NCBI GenBank assembly: GCA_036008085.1 | Contig: DASYOD010000041.1 | Span: forward strand, 9,695-73,694 | Source: Terriglobales bacterium | Lineage (GTDB): Bacteria; Acidobacteriota; Terriglobia; Terriglobales; Acidobacteriaceae | Reading direction: 5' to 3' | DNA: 64,000 nucleotides | Part shown: positions 10,032 to 19,575 of the stretch, one piece after another | Position numbering within the stretch: the first letter of the stretch is position 1 | Layout: each line of letters begins with the position of its first letter | Notes under the pieces: model-generated | Told to the model about the DNA's origin: nothing | Databases searched by the model: none | Seen by the model: the letters and a program-made list of their open reading frames with translations, nothing else | Program-made: the position numbers and the translations under genes

Positions 10032-10302
10032 GTCCCGACCTTTTTTGCGAGATTTGCTAAGTTGGTCGTGAATAGCCCGTCTTCCCTTTCGCCGTCCCCC
10101 AGGCAAGGGCTGTTCGAATTTCGAACGCTTGATATTTAGGATGGCTTGTCTGGATCTGAGCTCGGATTGAATCATCACAACCCGAATCATTGCTAAGGAC
10201 ATCCTTGGTCGGAATCCAGCGGAAATGACTGTTCGTCGGCGGGCGCAAGCTGAAGTTGCGATCCCAAGAAGAAATCCGTAGCACATACTCAAGGAGGAAT
10301 TT

Positions 10303-11559
10303 ATGCGGGTGAAAGCGCTTGTGTTGTTTGTGGCGATTCTGGCCTTTGCGGCTTCTGCATGGGCGGCAGGTACTGAGACTATAATCTACGACTTCCCCGG
10401 CTTCACCGGCGATGGAACTTCTCCCTATTCTGGCCTGGTGGTCGACAAGGCGGGGAATCTCTATGGAACGACCTACACTGGTGGCGCCAGCGGTCTTGGC
10501 TCAGTCTTTGAGTTGACGTTGTCGAACGGCGTCTGGACTGAAACCCTTCTTTATTCTTTCACCGGGGAGTCGGCGGGCGACGGAGCTTATCCCGTATACT
10601 CCCCGCTCGTCATCGACAAGTCAGGAAATCTGTACGGTACAACCTCCCAAGGGGGCGCTAATAACGGCAGTTGCAATTGCGGCACGGTATTTGAGTTGAC
10701 CAAGTCTGGCAGCACATGGAAGGAAACGATTCTGCATAGCTTCCTCGGCTACGCACAAAAAGACGGTTATTTGCCCCAGGCCGGATTGTCGTTTGACAGC
10801 ACGGGCAACCTATACGGCACGACCTATCAGGGTGGCTCATTCAACGTTGGAAGTGTTTTCCAATTGGCTCCGACGAAAAGCGGCTGGAAGTACAAAATGA
10901 TTCACAGCTTTAACAATGCAAACGGTGGCTCCGCTTACCCATTCGGGGGAATCACGGCGGGTGCAAACGGCTATTACTATGGCACAACCTACTACGGCGG
11001 ATATGCCTACAACGCCGGCACCGTCTACAGATTGTTTGAGTCCAGGGGTGCTTGGTTTGCACAGACCATATTCTACTTTCTCGAAGGTGGAGACGGGATC
11101 TACCCTGATTCCAGCCTGGCCATGGATGCAAAGGGCAACATGTATGGCACCACCTACCAGGGCGGCAACGATGAGACCTGCGGTGGCGGCTGCGGAACCG
11201 TCTTCAAGCTGACAGCGGGCAAGAATAGTAAATACACGCAGAGTGTTATTTACAGCTTGCAGGGCGGTGTCAAAGATGGCCAATATCCCGAACAAGGCGA
11301 TGGCGTCATTGTGGACGCAAGCGGTAACCTCTACGGAACAACCTTGTTCGGCGGGAGTACGGAAAACGCCGGCACCGTTTTCGAGCTAAAGCCCTCAGGC
11401 AGCAGTTACAAGGAGACTGTGCTTTGGTCTTTCGACACGGTCAGCGGCGATGGATATTATCCTCGCGGCGGAGTCATTCTCCTCAACGGTAACCTCTATG
11501 GCACAACCTCCGGCGGAGGGAGTAAGGGTGCCGGAACCGTGTTTGAGATTAAACCGTAG
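10303..11559 (+). CDS. secreted GloVer (Gloeo_Verruco) tandem-repeat protein, seven repeats
   Basis: 418 aa with signal peptide MRVKALVLFVAILAFAASAWA. Seven copies of GNLYGTTxxGG...GTVFEL-type repeats. Strong AAGGAGG Shine-Dalgarno. Confidence 0.85.
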   Translation: MRVKALVLFVAILAFAASAWAAGTETIIYDFPGFTGDGTSPYSGLVVDKAGNLYGTTYTGGASGLGSVFELTLSNGVWTETLLYSFTGESAGDGAYPVYSPLVIDKSGNLYGTTSQGGANNGSCNCGTVFELTKSGSTWKETILHSFLGYAQKDGYLPQAGLSFDSTGNLYGTTYQGGSFNVGSVFQLAPTKSGWKYKMIHSFNNANGGSAYPFGGITAGANGYYYGTTYYGGYAYNAGTVYRLFESRGAWFAQTIFYFLEGGDGIYPDSSLAMDAKGNMYGTTYQGGNDETCGGGCGTVFKLTAGKNSKYTQSVIYSLQGGVKDGQYPEQGDGVIVDASGNLYGTTLFGGSTENAGTVFELKPSGSSYKETVLWSFDTVSGDGYYPRGGVILLNGNLYGTTSGGGSKGAGTVFEIKP

Positions 11560-11592
11560 TCCTGTCTTCGGCAGTTGAATGGCTACACTCTT

Positions 11593-11627
11593 GCCGCCTG
11601 GCTTTATGGCCCGGCGGCTTTTTTTTT
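11593..11627 (+). terminator. Rho-independent terminator
   Basis: Stem GCCGCCTGG...CCCGGCGGC followed by a run of 9 T, about 35 nt after the stop at 11559. Confidence 0.75.
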
Positions 11628-11738
11628 CTAGAACCCAATTGGTAGCCATTAAGGCTGCGTTGGTCTTCTTTATTGATCCCTCCAAACTCAAACAGTTGTC
11701 CCTAGCTATAATCCAGTTTGGCTGAAAACTGATAGCTG

Positions 11739-13061
11739 ATGGCTTCTATGCGCTTCGAACTTTTTGTCGCCTCGCGCTACCTTCGTGCCAAACGGCGCCA
11801 GGCGGTGATTGGCGTCATCACCGGCATTTCCATCGCGGGAGTTGCTGCCGGGGTCGCTTCTCTGGTTGTGGCGCTGGCAATCAATAACGGATTTCGTCAG
11901 GATCTGCAGGACCGGCTTCTGGGTTCGAGTTCTCATATCAATCTGCTGCGGGTGCAGAGCGATGGCATCAGCAACTGGCGGGTGCTCCTGGACCGGCTGT
12001 CAAAAGAGCCGCATATTGTGGCCGCAGCGCCAGCGATTTACGAGCAGGTTCTGATCTCCCGGGGACCGCGGGCGCGCGGAGCGGTACTCAAGGGAATGAT
12101 TCCCCGCGAGGAAAGAAAAGTCAGTGATTTACTGAGTACGGTGAAAATCGGATCGGCGGATGCGCTTGCGGAAACTTCGCAGAACGCGGGCGAGGGCGCC
12201 GCACCGACAACCTCCACCCCGACGACGTCGCCTACCGATCTTCAAGGGGTGGAAAATCGCTTGGCCGCTATGCCTCCCATTATTCTCGGCGAAGACATGG
12301 CCAATGAGTTGGGCGCGACGGTTGGCTCAACTGTGCTGGTGACCAGTCCGCAAGGAGAGCTGACTCCCTTTGGTATGGTGCCGAAGTATGACCGCTATCG
12401 TGTAGTGGGAATTTTCAACTCAGGTTTCTTTGACTACGACAGTTCGTGGGCATTCACGCGTCTCAGCGATGCGCAACGGCTGTTCGGGCTGGGCGATCTG
12501 GTGTCTGTGCTTGAGTTCAAAGTGGACGATATTTACCAGGCGGGAGAGATCTCGCGGCAACTCGAGCAGGCTGCGGGCAAAGGTTTCATGGCCACTAACT
12601 GGATGGAGCAGAACAAGCCACTGTTTCACGCGTTGCGTTTGGAGCGGCTGGTAACGTTCATCACCATTGGCCTGATCGTTTTCGTGGCCGCGCTGAATAT
12701 TTTGATCTCGCTGACGATGATGGTCATGGAAAAAACTCGGGACATCGCAGTGCTGATTTCCATGGGCACGCGCAAAGCGCAGGTACGGCGTATTTTTATT
12801 GCGCAGGGTGTACTGATTGGGGTAGTGGGAACCGCGATTGGCCTGGTCCTTGGTTACGCGCTTTCGTGGGCCGGGGGACACTACCATCTGCTTTCGCTGG
12901 CACCCGAGGTTTATTCGATTGATTATGTGCCCTTCGCTCCGCGGGCTGCGGATGGCTTGCTGGTGGCGGGGGTAGCGATTGGAGTTTCGCTGATCGCGAC
13001 GGTGTATCCGTCGTGGTCGGCGGCACGGATTCTACCTGCTGAGGCTTTGCGCTACGAGTGA
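11739..13061 (+). CDS. LolC/LolE-family (FtsX-like) lipoprotein-releasing ABC permease
   Basis: 440 aa. N-terminus MRFELFVASRYLRAKRRQ is typical of LolC/E, with a large periplasmic loop and a C-terminal FtsX-like 3-TM bundle. Confidence 0.8.
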   Translation: MASMRFELFVASRYLRAKRRQAVIGVITGISIAGVAAGVASLVVALAINNGFRQDLQDRLLGSSSHINLLRVQSDGISNWRVLLDRLSKEPHIVAAAPAIYEQVLISRGPRARGAVLKGMIPREERKVSDLLSTVKIGSADALAETSQNAGEGAAPTTSTPTTSPTDLQGVENRLAAMPPIILGEDMANELGATVGSTVLVTSPQGELTPFGMVPKYDRYRVVGIFNSGFFDYDSSWAFTRLSDAQRLFGLGDLVSVLEFKVDDIYQAGEISRQLEQAAGKGFMATNWMEQNKPLFHALRLERLVTFITIGLIVFVAALNILISLTMMVMEKTRDIAVLISMGTRKAQVRRIFIAQGVLIGVVGTAIGLVLGYALSWAGGHYHLLSLAPEVYSIDYVPFAPRAADGLLVAGVAIGVSLIATVYPSWSAARILPAEALRYE

Positions 13062-13135
13062 ATGTGGGACGGAAATTCTTGATGTGGGCGAATGACTTCT
13101 GATCTTAAACGCTCTTGCTGCCGGCATCATCGATT

Positions 13136-13169
13136 CCCACCCTTTCGCAAAAAACGCGAAAGAGTGGGG
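13136..13169. terminator. REP-like hairpin between convergent genes (possible bidirectional terminator)
   Basis: CCCACCCTTTCGC-AAAAAAC-GCGAAAGAGTGGGG, a 13-bp stem with one mismatch. Confidence 0.45.
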
Positions 13170-13209
13170 CACCCTCATCTATTTGGGGTTTAGGTGGGGC
13201 AGTCGCGCG

Positions 13210-13506
13210 TTAGGAGGCAGTGCGATGGACCGTGGGCTCGGGATGTCGTTCCCGGACGCGGTCGCGAGCCACCAGGCGATTCAGATCGTAGCTGTAGGGG
13301 CCATAGGCGCGGAACGCTTGCTCATCAAACAGGCGTTTGATGCCGCAGCCCAGGCAAACCTGGTAGGAGCGGTCCTGGAAGCGCACTGGCCAGCTCATTT
13401 TGCGGTGCCAGCAGCCGCGGAAAATCACCACGCCGGCGGCGCCCAATCCGGTAGCCACTACGCCGAAGGGCCAGAGCCATCCTGACTTCTTTTTCTGTTC
13501 ACTCAC
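13210..13506 (-). CDS. small membrane-anchored hypothetical protein with CxxC
   Basis: Track ORF 13210..13563 starts at TTG. I prefer the in-frame GTG at 13506 (VSEQKKKSGWLWPFGVVATGLGAAGVVIF...). One TM segment, then YQVCLGCGIKRLF. Confidence 0.5.
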   Translation of the reverse strand: MSEQKKKSGWLWPFGVVATGLGAAGVVIFRGCWHRKMSWPVRFQDRSYQVCLGCGIKRLFDEQAFRAYGPYSYDLNRLVARDRVRERHPEPTVHRTAS

Positions 13507-13774
13507 CTGCCACAACCTAACATGGGGGACAAGATATACTTCCTGAACCGAGGATAAGCCCAATCGAAGGCTTGCGCAACGGGCAGCGGAAGAGCTTGAG
13601 TCCCAAAGGGTTGCGTGGCCGTAGAGGGCCTTACCTTGGTGCTGGCGAAATATTTTGAGACATTGCGATTAGAGCTAAACCACGGTACCTTACTTTAAGC
13701 TGCGGCAAAATCTCCTCCCCCAATAGCGCCGCATCGGTCACATTCAGCGCTGACTGTTTCGCTTATCACCGTCC

Positions 13775-16261
13775 ATGAGCGCGGGTCTTAACAATCCGGA
13801 TTTGGAGTTAATGAAGGAAGACGCGGCGGCGGTTCCTGCGGTCGGACCGCGTGCTTCTTCGCCCACGGAACGCATGGGCCATGAAGCGCTGCAGGCTCTT
13901 CTCGCGTTCTCGGCTTTGCACGAGCAGATCCGTAGCCGACGAGCGAAGCAGACGCGTGATGGTTCGAACCCGGACGACGATTGGCAGCTCGAGCAATTCG
14001 TTTTGGATGAAGTGCTGCAACTGGTCGCCGAGCGGGCGCTCGCAGTTACTGGCGCGGATGGCGTCGCCGTTGCGTTGGCGCAGGACAATGCCATCGTTTG
14101 CCGCGCCTCAGCAGGTAGCATTGTGCCTGACCCGGGCGTGCGTCTCGATCCGAACTCGGGATTTTCCGGCGAGTGCCTGGTTTCAGGACGGATCGTGCGC
14201 TGCGACGACGTTGATATTGACCCGCGAGTAAATCTGGAGGCCTGCCGACGTTTGGGTGTGCGGTCCATGCTGGCGGTGCCGCTTTCCGCAAAACAAAATG
14301 TTGTGGGTTTGCTGGAGGCATTTTCTGGCGAGCCTTACGGATTTAACGATAGCGACGTTCGCAGTTTGAACCTGCTGGCTGAGTTGATTCTTTCGGCGAT
14401 GAAACCGGAAGAGGAAGATCGTCTGCGGGAGATTTCACGGCAGGTTGTTAAATCCGCGGCAGCCGAACCTGAAATGAGTTTCGTTTTTGAGCCGGAGACT
14501 GTGGAGTTAGGGCTTGAGGCTGCGGACGTGCATGAGGGCACGGTTGAAGGGGCGGCGAGTCAGGAAGAGAGTTTGGGGGATTCAAATTTAGGACGAGCGT
14601 CTTTATCCGTCCAGCCGGGCGAGGACGCCCGACCTCCACAATCTGTTGCTCTTACTGAAAATTCAGAATCGATCAGTGGCTCCTCGCCGGGAGCGAAGCC
14701 TGAACGCGTGCCCAATTCGACTCCTGGCCTCGCGGTAGTAGCAGCAGTCGTAGTGATAGCTGTGGCGCTGGGCGCCATGGTGTGGTGGAAGCTGGGACAC
14801 CGTGTGCCATCGGCGCGGGTGCAAGCCAGTTCAGTTGCAATCGCAGCGAGTCCACAAAGCGAAACTGAAATCACGCAGCACGCCACACCTGAAGCCGCGC
14901 TAGCGGCGGCTACGAGCACAGAAAACGAAGACGAGACGGAATCAGCGCCCACCACTCCCGAAGAAGCCGGCCTGTTGCCTCAGATCACTGGCATTCGGCA
15001 TTGGTCATCGGCTGACTCCAGCACCGTGGTAGTTGACATCCAGGATCAGGTGCAATACGAAGCGCATCGGCTTCCCAATCCAGAGAGAATCTATTTCGAT
15101 TTGCACGACACCACGCTTGCAGGCAGCTTCACCACTCGCACGATTGCGGTTAACGATGCCCTGCTACAGCGGGTTCGTGTGGCTCAGCCAATGGCAGGGG
15201 TTACCCGCGTGGTGCTCGAAACCACGGGCGCATCGGATTTCTCGGTGCGATTGGAACCGAATCCGTATCGACTGGTGGTCGAAGTCCGCAAGATTGGAGA
15301 CAAGTCGCATCCCCGGGCGAAGCTTGATCTCTTCGCTTTTCCTGACCCTGCGATCCTGGATCAAGGATCAAAGAAGCAGCCTCCTGAATTGTCTTCGAAT
15401 CAGCTCACCCTCGGGCAGAAACAGTCGAACCAAGCTTTGCTCAGTTCGATCGCCCTCACTCCCAGCACCCTGAAGCCATCTCTTCAAGTACAGACAAATG
15501 ACAATCGACCGGCGACATCCGCGAAGCCGGAAGGCCTCGAACAAGTGCCCACTCCACTCCACGGACCCAAGCTGCGCATCGTGCTCGACGCCGGTCACGG
15601 AGGATGGGATCTCGGAACAGTTGGGCGTAAAGGTCTTTTGGAAAAAGATCTGGTGCTGGATATTGTGCAACGCCTCGGGCGCCTGATTGAGACTCGCCTG
15701 GGTGCTGAGGTAATTTACACGCGTAAAGATGACAGCTATCTTTCGCTGGAAAAGCGGGCTGAAATTGCCAACCTGGCGCAAGCCAATCTGTTTGTTTCCA
15801 TTCATGCCAATTACAGCGATTTCCCTTCTGCGCGCGGCGTGGAAACCTATTACACCAACACTTATTCATCGGTAAAAGCCAGGACCGAAGACGCCGACGA
15901 TGCATCACCGGCGGGATTGAAAACTATTGACTGGACGAATGTCGACATTCGAGAAAAGGTGCGGGAGTCGCGGCGAATTGCCGCCAGTCTCCAGCATTCG
16001 TTATATGCAATGCTGTCGGAAAACAATTCAGGGCTTCGCAATCGCGGAGTCAAGCAGGCTCAGTACGTGGTACTGACCGGGACTTCAATGCCGGCGGTGC
16101 TGGCTGAGGTTTCGTTCGTCAGCAGTCCGACCGACGAAAACAATCTGCAGAGTTCGACTTACCGTCAGCGGATCGCGGAAGCGCTCTACAGCGGGATCGC
16201 ACATTACCAGGCGTCTCGTGATGTAAAGATGGCAAGTGGCGCGAAGCCTGCAGGCAGATAG
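13775..16261 (+). CDS. GAF - TM - AMIN - N-acetylmuramoyl-L-alanine amidase (Amidase_3, AmiC-like) fusion
   Basis: 828 aa. GAF-like region spans LDEVLQLV...GLLEAFSGEPYGFNDSD, and the TM segment is LAVVAAVVVIAVALGAMVWW. The AMIN-like block is ITGIRHWSSADSSTVVVDIQDQVQYEAHRLPNPERIYFDLHDT. The amidase core is IVLDAGHGGWDLG...FVSIHANY...AVLAEVSFVSSPTDE. Confidence 0.8.
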   Translation: MSAGLNNPDLELMKEDAAAVPAVGPRASSPTERMGHEALQALLAFSALHEQIRSRRAKQTRDGSNPDDDWQLEQFVLDEVLQLVAERALAVTGADGVAVALAQDNAIVCRASAGSIVPDPGVRLDPNSGFSGECLVSGRIVRCDDVDIDPRVNLEACRRLGVRSMLAVPLSAKQNVVGLLEAFSGEPYGFNDSDVRSLNLLAELILSAMKPEEEDRLREISRQVVKSAAAEPEMSFVFEPETVELGLEAADVHEGTVEGAASQEESLGDSNLGRASLSVQPGEDARPPQSVALTENSESISGSSPGAKPERVPNSTPGLAVVAAVVVIAVALGAMVWWKLGHRVPSARVQASSVAIAASPQSETEITQHATPEAALAAATSTENEDETESAPTTPEEAGLLPQITGIRHWSSADSSTVVVDIQDQVQYEAHRLPNPERIYFDLHDTTLAGSFTTRTIAVNDALLQRVRVAQPMAGVTRVVLETTGASDFSVRLEPNPYRLVVEVRKIGDKSHPRAKLDLFAFPDPAILDQGSKKQPPELSSNQLTLGQKQSNQALLSSIALTPSTLKPSLQVQTNDNRPATSAKPEGLEQVPTPLHGPKLRIVLDAGHGGWDLGTVGRKGLLEKDLVLDIVQRLGRLIETRLGAEVIYTRKDDSYLSLEKRAEIANLAQANLFVSIHANYSDFPSARGVETYYTNTYSSVKARTEDADDASPAGLKTIDWTNVDIREKVRESRRIAASLQHSLYAMLSENNSGLRNRGVKQAQYVVLTGTSMPAVLAEVSFVSSPTDENNLQSSTYRQRIAEALYSGIAHYQASRDVKMASGAKPAGR

Positions 16262-16278
16262 ATTCGGGTCATCAGGTT

Positions 16279-16307
16279 TTGACTACGCGGCAGGGGAAGC
16301 CTAGAAT
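16279..16307 (+). promoter_or_regulatory. candidate sigma-70-type promoter for tatA (TTGACT-17-TAGAAT)
   Basis: TTGACT at 16279-16284, a 17-nt spacer, TAGAAT at 16302-16307. Lies 28 nt upstream of the tatA ATG. Confidence 0.45.
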
Positions 16308-16334
16308 TTTCACAGGCGCGCTATTGGAGGATTT

Positions 16335-16514
16335 ATGGGTGAAGGACTGTTTCAGCCGCTGCACATTCTGCTGATCGTCGGCATTGCGCTTTTGTTGTTT
16401 GGCCCCAGCAAGTTTGCCGATCTGGGCAAGGGCTTGGGAGAAGGCATTCGCAACTTCAAGTCCGCGGTGAAAGATAAAGAGAAGGACGAAAAAGAGCCCG
16501 AAAAAAAGGCGTAG
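16335..16514 (+). CDS. tatA: twin-arginine translocase subunit TatA/E (59 aa; below the ORF-track cutoff)
   Basis: My own translation: MGEGLFQPLHILLIVGIALLLFGPSKFADLGKGLGEGIRNFKSAVKDKEKDEKEPEKKA. Carries the FGPSK hinge and an amphipathic helix. GGAGG lies upstream. Confidence 0.85.
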   Translation: MGEGLFQPLHILLIVGIALLLFGPSKFADLGKGLGEGIRNFKSAVKDKEKDEKEPEKKA

Positions 16515-16526
16515 GCTTCTGTTGCT

Positions 16527-17084
16527 TTACAGCACTCTGTGCTCCTGCATCATTCGATATACCAGCGAAACCGGTAATCCCACCACGTTGAAATAGTCTC
16601 CCTCGATGCGCGAAATCCAGCGTGAAGCGCGGCCTTGAATGGCGTAAGCTCCGGCCTTGTCCATGGGTTCGCTGCTCGATACGTAGGACTGAATTTCATC
16701 GTCGCCGAGGCGGTTCACGGTGACGATTGTGGTTTCTGATCGCACATCTTCGAATCCGCGACCCAGTAGGCAAACTCCGGTGATCACCTGGTGTGTCCGA
16801 CCGGAAAGTAAGCGCAACATGCGGGCGGCATCTGCGTTGTTGCGAGGCTTGCCCAGGATTTCCGAATCTACGACGACGATAGTGTCGGCTCCCAGAACAA
16901 AATCCTTTGACTCCTTGTCGAATGCTGCCAAAGCTTTTTCCAACGCCATGCGCTCGGCAAAGGCGCGAGGTAGTTCTCCTGCTTGGGGGATTTCGGGAAT
17001 ATCTGTTGGGCGAGCCACGAAAGCGATGCCCGCATTGCGCAAAAGCTCCTGGCGGCGCGGAGAGGCAGAGGCGAGTACAAGCAT
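16527..17084 (-). CDS. maf: Maf-like nucleoside triphosphate pyrophosphatase
   Basis: 185 aa: MLVLASASPRRQELL...GADTIVV...GKP...AGAYAIQG. Confidence 0.85.
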   Translation of the reverse strand: MLVLASASPRRQELLRNAGIAFVARPTDIPEIPQAGELPRAFAERMALEKALAAFDKESKDFVLGADTIVVVDSEILGKPRNNADAARMLRLLSGRTHQVITGVCLLGRGFEDVRSETTIVTVNRLGDDEIQSYVSSSEPMDKAGAYAIQGRASRWISRIEGDYFNVVGLPVSLVYRMMQEHRVL

Positions 17085-17144
17085 GAAAGCTGATTTTAGC
17101 CGATCAGTTAAACGCGATTTCGGAGAACGGCAATGCTTAGGCGT

Positions 17145-17555
17145 TTATCTTCCGACCGGGGACGACAGCGTAACCAGCGCGTGGCGAAGTGATTCGAGAA
17201 AAGGCTTGCCAGTCGTTTTCAGTTTTCGCTCCAGACGCTCGGTGCAATCGCAGTTGCCGCAGGACCACGGCTCAGAACCATTTTGATCCCGACAGCGGCT
17301 ACGATCATGCGCATCCTGCACTCGCGCCAATTCAAAATATTGCTCCCAATATTCGCGCTCCTCCTGCAACGGAGTCGGACAGTAGCAAATCTCTACCCAG
17401 CGAGTGGTCTCGTCCTCACACAGTCTGGCCTCTTGCATGTTTCGCAAGTACTCGCCTCCCGCCACTGAACCGTGCCCCAGCGTTCCATCTTCGATCGCTT
17501 TGAGCAGAGCCTGCTCGCAGCCGGGTTTTACACGTGCTCTGACTAGATAACGCAT
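17145..17555 (-). CDS. hypothetical Cys-rich protein
   Basis: 136 aa, ATG start. Motifs CYCP and SCGNCDC. I recognise no family. Confidence 0.5.
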   Translation of the reverse strand: MRYLVRARVKPGCEQALLKAIEDGTLGHGSVAGGEYLRNMQEARLCEDETTRWVEICYCPTPLQEEREYWEQYFELARVQDAHDRSRCRDQNGSEPWSCGNCDCTERLERKLKTTGKPFLESLRHALVTLSSPVGR

Positions 17556-17639
17556 AAATTTATTTTACCGTAGCGGCGCTCGTGCTGCTGAAGCGCGTAG
17601 CGCAACCCCTGTTAGAATCAAGCATTGACCCCTGCAGCC

Positions 17640-19445
17640 ATGGACGCCGCGTTTATTCGCAATTTTGCCATTATTGCTCACATTGACCATGGCAAATCCA
17701 CGCTCGCCGATCGATTGCTCGAATTAACTGGTTCCCTGACTGCGCGTGAGATGCAGGCTCAAGTGCTCGACTCGATGGATCTCGAACGCGAGCGCGGCAT
17801 CACCATCAAGGCTCACGCGGTGCGCATGATGTACCAGGCGCAGGATGGCCAGACTTACCAGCTTAATTTGATCGACACTCCCGGCCACGTGGATTTTTCG
17901 TACGAAGTCTCGCGTGCGTTGGCGTCTTGCGAAGGCGCATTGTTGGTGGTGGATGCATCTCAGGGCGTTGAAGCGCAGACCTTGGCGAATGCTTATCTCG
18001 CTATCAATCATGGGCTCGAAATTATTCCGGTCATCAACAAGATTGACCTGCCCAGCGCTGACGTTCCGCGAACTAAGGAGATGATCGAAGGCGCCGTCGG
18101 TCTGGACGCAACCGACGCGGTTCTGATCAGCGCCAAGACCGGGCAAGGCGTGCCTGATGTGTTGGAGGCGATCGTCAAACGCGTTCCGCCGCCCAAGGGA
18201 GATCCCGAAAAGCGGCTACAGGCGCTGATTTTCGACTCATGGTTCGACCCGTATCGCGGTGTGATCGTGCTGACGCGTGTGTTTCAGGGAACGCTGCGTA
18301 AAGGACAAAAGATCCGCCTGATGTGGAATGGACGCGTTCTTGATGTGGAAACGCTCGGAGTGTTGACGCCGAAGCCGGTCGAAGTCGACGAACTGCGTGC
18401 CGGCGAAGTCGGCTTCCTGATCGCTAATATTAAGAACGTGGCGGACACAAAAATCGGCGATACCATCACCGAAGAAAATAATCCTGCGATCGAGCCGTTG
18501 CCCGGTTTCGAAGAGATCAAACCCATGGTTTTCGCCGGGCTGTATACGGTGGACGCGCACGAGCACACGCAACTCCGCGAGGCGCTGGAAAAATTGCGCC
18601 TGAATGATTCGTCATTTTTCTTCGAGCCGGAAAGCTCGGTCGCGCTCGGCTTCGGATTCCGCTGCGGTTTTCTTGGCCTTTTGCATATGGAGATTATCCA
18701 GGAGCGTCTGGAGCGCGAGTTCAATCTGGAGTTGATCACAACCGCGCCCGGCGTGCGCTACAAAATTTATAAGACGGATGGCGAAATGGTGGAAGTCGAC
18801 AATCCTTCGCGGTGGCCCGCGCCGAGTGAGATTGCCAAAATCGAAGAGCCGGTGATTTTAGCAACAATCTTGACCAATGAAGAATATGTCGGCGGCATTC
18901 TAAAGCTGGTGGAAGAAAAGCGTGGCAAACAGAAAACATTTGAATATGTCAGCTCCTCGCGAGTGATGCTGCATTACGAACTGCCTCTCAACGAGATCGT
19001 TCTCGATTTTTATGATCGGCTTAAATCGGTTTCGCGCGGGTACGCGTCGCTCGATTACCATCTGGCGGACTATTGGGAATCGCCCATGGTTAAGATGGAT
19101 ATTCTGGTCGCGGGTGAACCGGTGGACGCGCTTTCCGTCATCGTGCATCGCGACTTCGCGTATGAACGCGGCAAGGCGCTGGTTTCCAAAATGCGGGAAC
19201 TGATTCCGCGGCAGATGTTTGAAGTGGCGATCCAGGCTTCAATTGGAGCCAAGATAATTGCCCGTGAGACCGTGCATGCCATTCGCAAAAACGTTCTTGC
19301 CAAGTGCTACGGCGGCGATATTACCCGCAAACGCAAGCTGCTCGAGAAGCAAAAAGAAGGCAAGAAACGCATGAAGCGAATTGGAAGAGTTGATATTCCG
19401 CAAGAAGCATTCCTCGCCGTGCTAAAGGTCGGCGAAGACAGCTAG
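17640..19445 (+). CDS. lepA: elongation factor 4 (LepA)
   Basis: [30 protein letters not shown] and NKIDL motifs. The track start at 17625 is TTG; the ATG at 17640 gives the usual N-terminus. Confidence 0.95.
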   Translation: MDAAFIRNFAIIAHIDHGKSTLADRLLELTGSLTAREMQAQVLDSMDLERERGITIKAHAVRMMYQAQDGQTYQLNLIDTPGHVDFSYEVSRALASCEGALLVVDASQGVEAQTLANAYLAINHGLEIIPVINKIDLPSADVPRTKEMIEGAVGLDATDAVLISAKTGQGVPDVLEAIVKRVPPPKGDPEKRLQALIFDSWFDPYRGVIVLTRVFQGTLRKGQKIRLMWNGRVLDVETLGVLTPKPVEVDELRAGEVGFLIANIKNVADTKIGDTITEENNPAIEPLPGFEEIKPMVFAGLYTVDAHEHTQLREALEKLRLNDSSFFFEPESSVALGFGFRCGFLGLLHMEIIQERLEREFNLELITTAPGVRYKIYKTDGEMVEVDNPSRWPAPSEIAKIEEPVILATILTNEEYVGGILKLVEEKRGKQKTFEYVSSSRVMLHYELPLNEIVLDFYDRLKSVSRGYASLDYHLADYWESPMVKMDILVAGEPVDALSVIVHRDFAYERGKALVSKMRELIPRQMFEVAIQASIGAKIIARETVHAIRKNVLAKCYGGDITRKRKLLEKQKEGKKRMKRIGRVDIPQEAFLAVLKVGEDS

Positions 19446-19575
19446 TTTAGACGCGGGTGTCATCGCCCGTGCGGGCGGCAAAATCGAACCCTTTTTGTAG
19501 GATTGGTGAATACGAAACGCGCACGAGAGAGGACGCTCGTCCCCTACACTGCAGCGCTCGCGACTACTTTAAATT

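Noticed and set aside
9443-10292. Five overlapping 70-130-aa ORFs on both strands in the 770-nt gap upstream of the GloVer gene.
   Set aside because: They run through REP hairpins (the reading EGARLPSRALS / GWEAVPLQNS is typical of translated REP sequence), lack ribosome-binding sites, and overlap each other.
13961-13973. GGTTCGAACCCGG, which resembles a tRNA T-arm.
   Set aside because: It lies inside the well-supported GAF-amidase coding frame, with no acceptor or anticodon arms around it. I found no tRNA-like cloverleaf anywhere in the intergenic regions.
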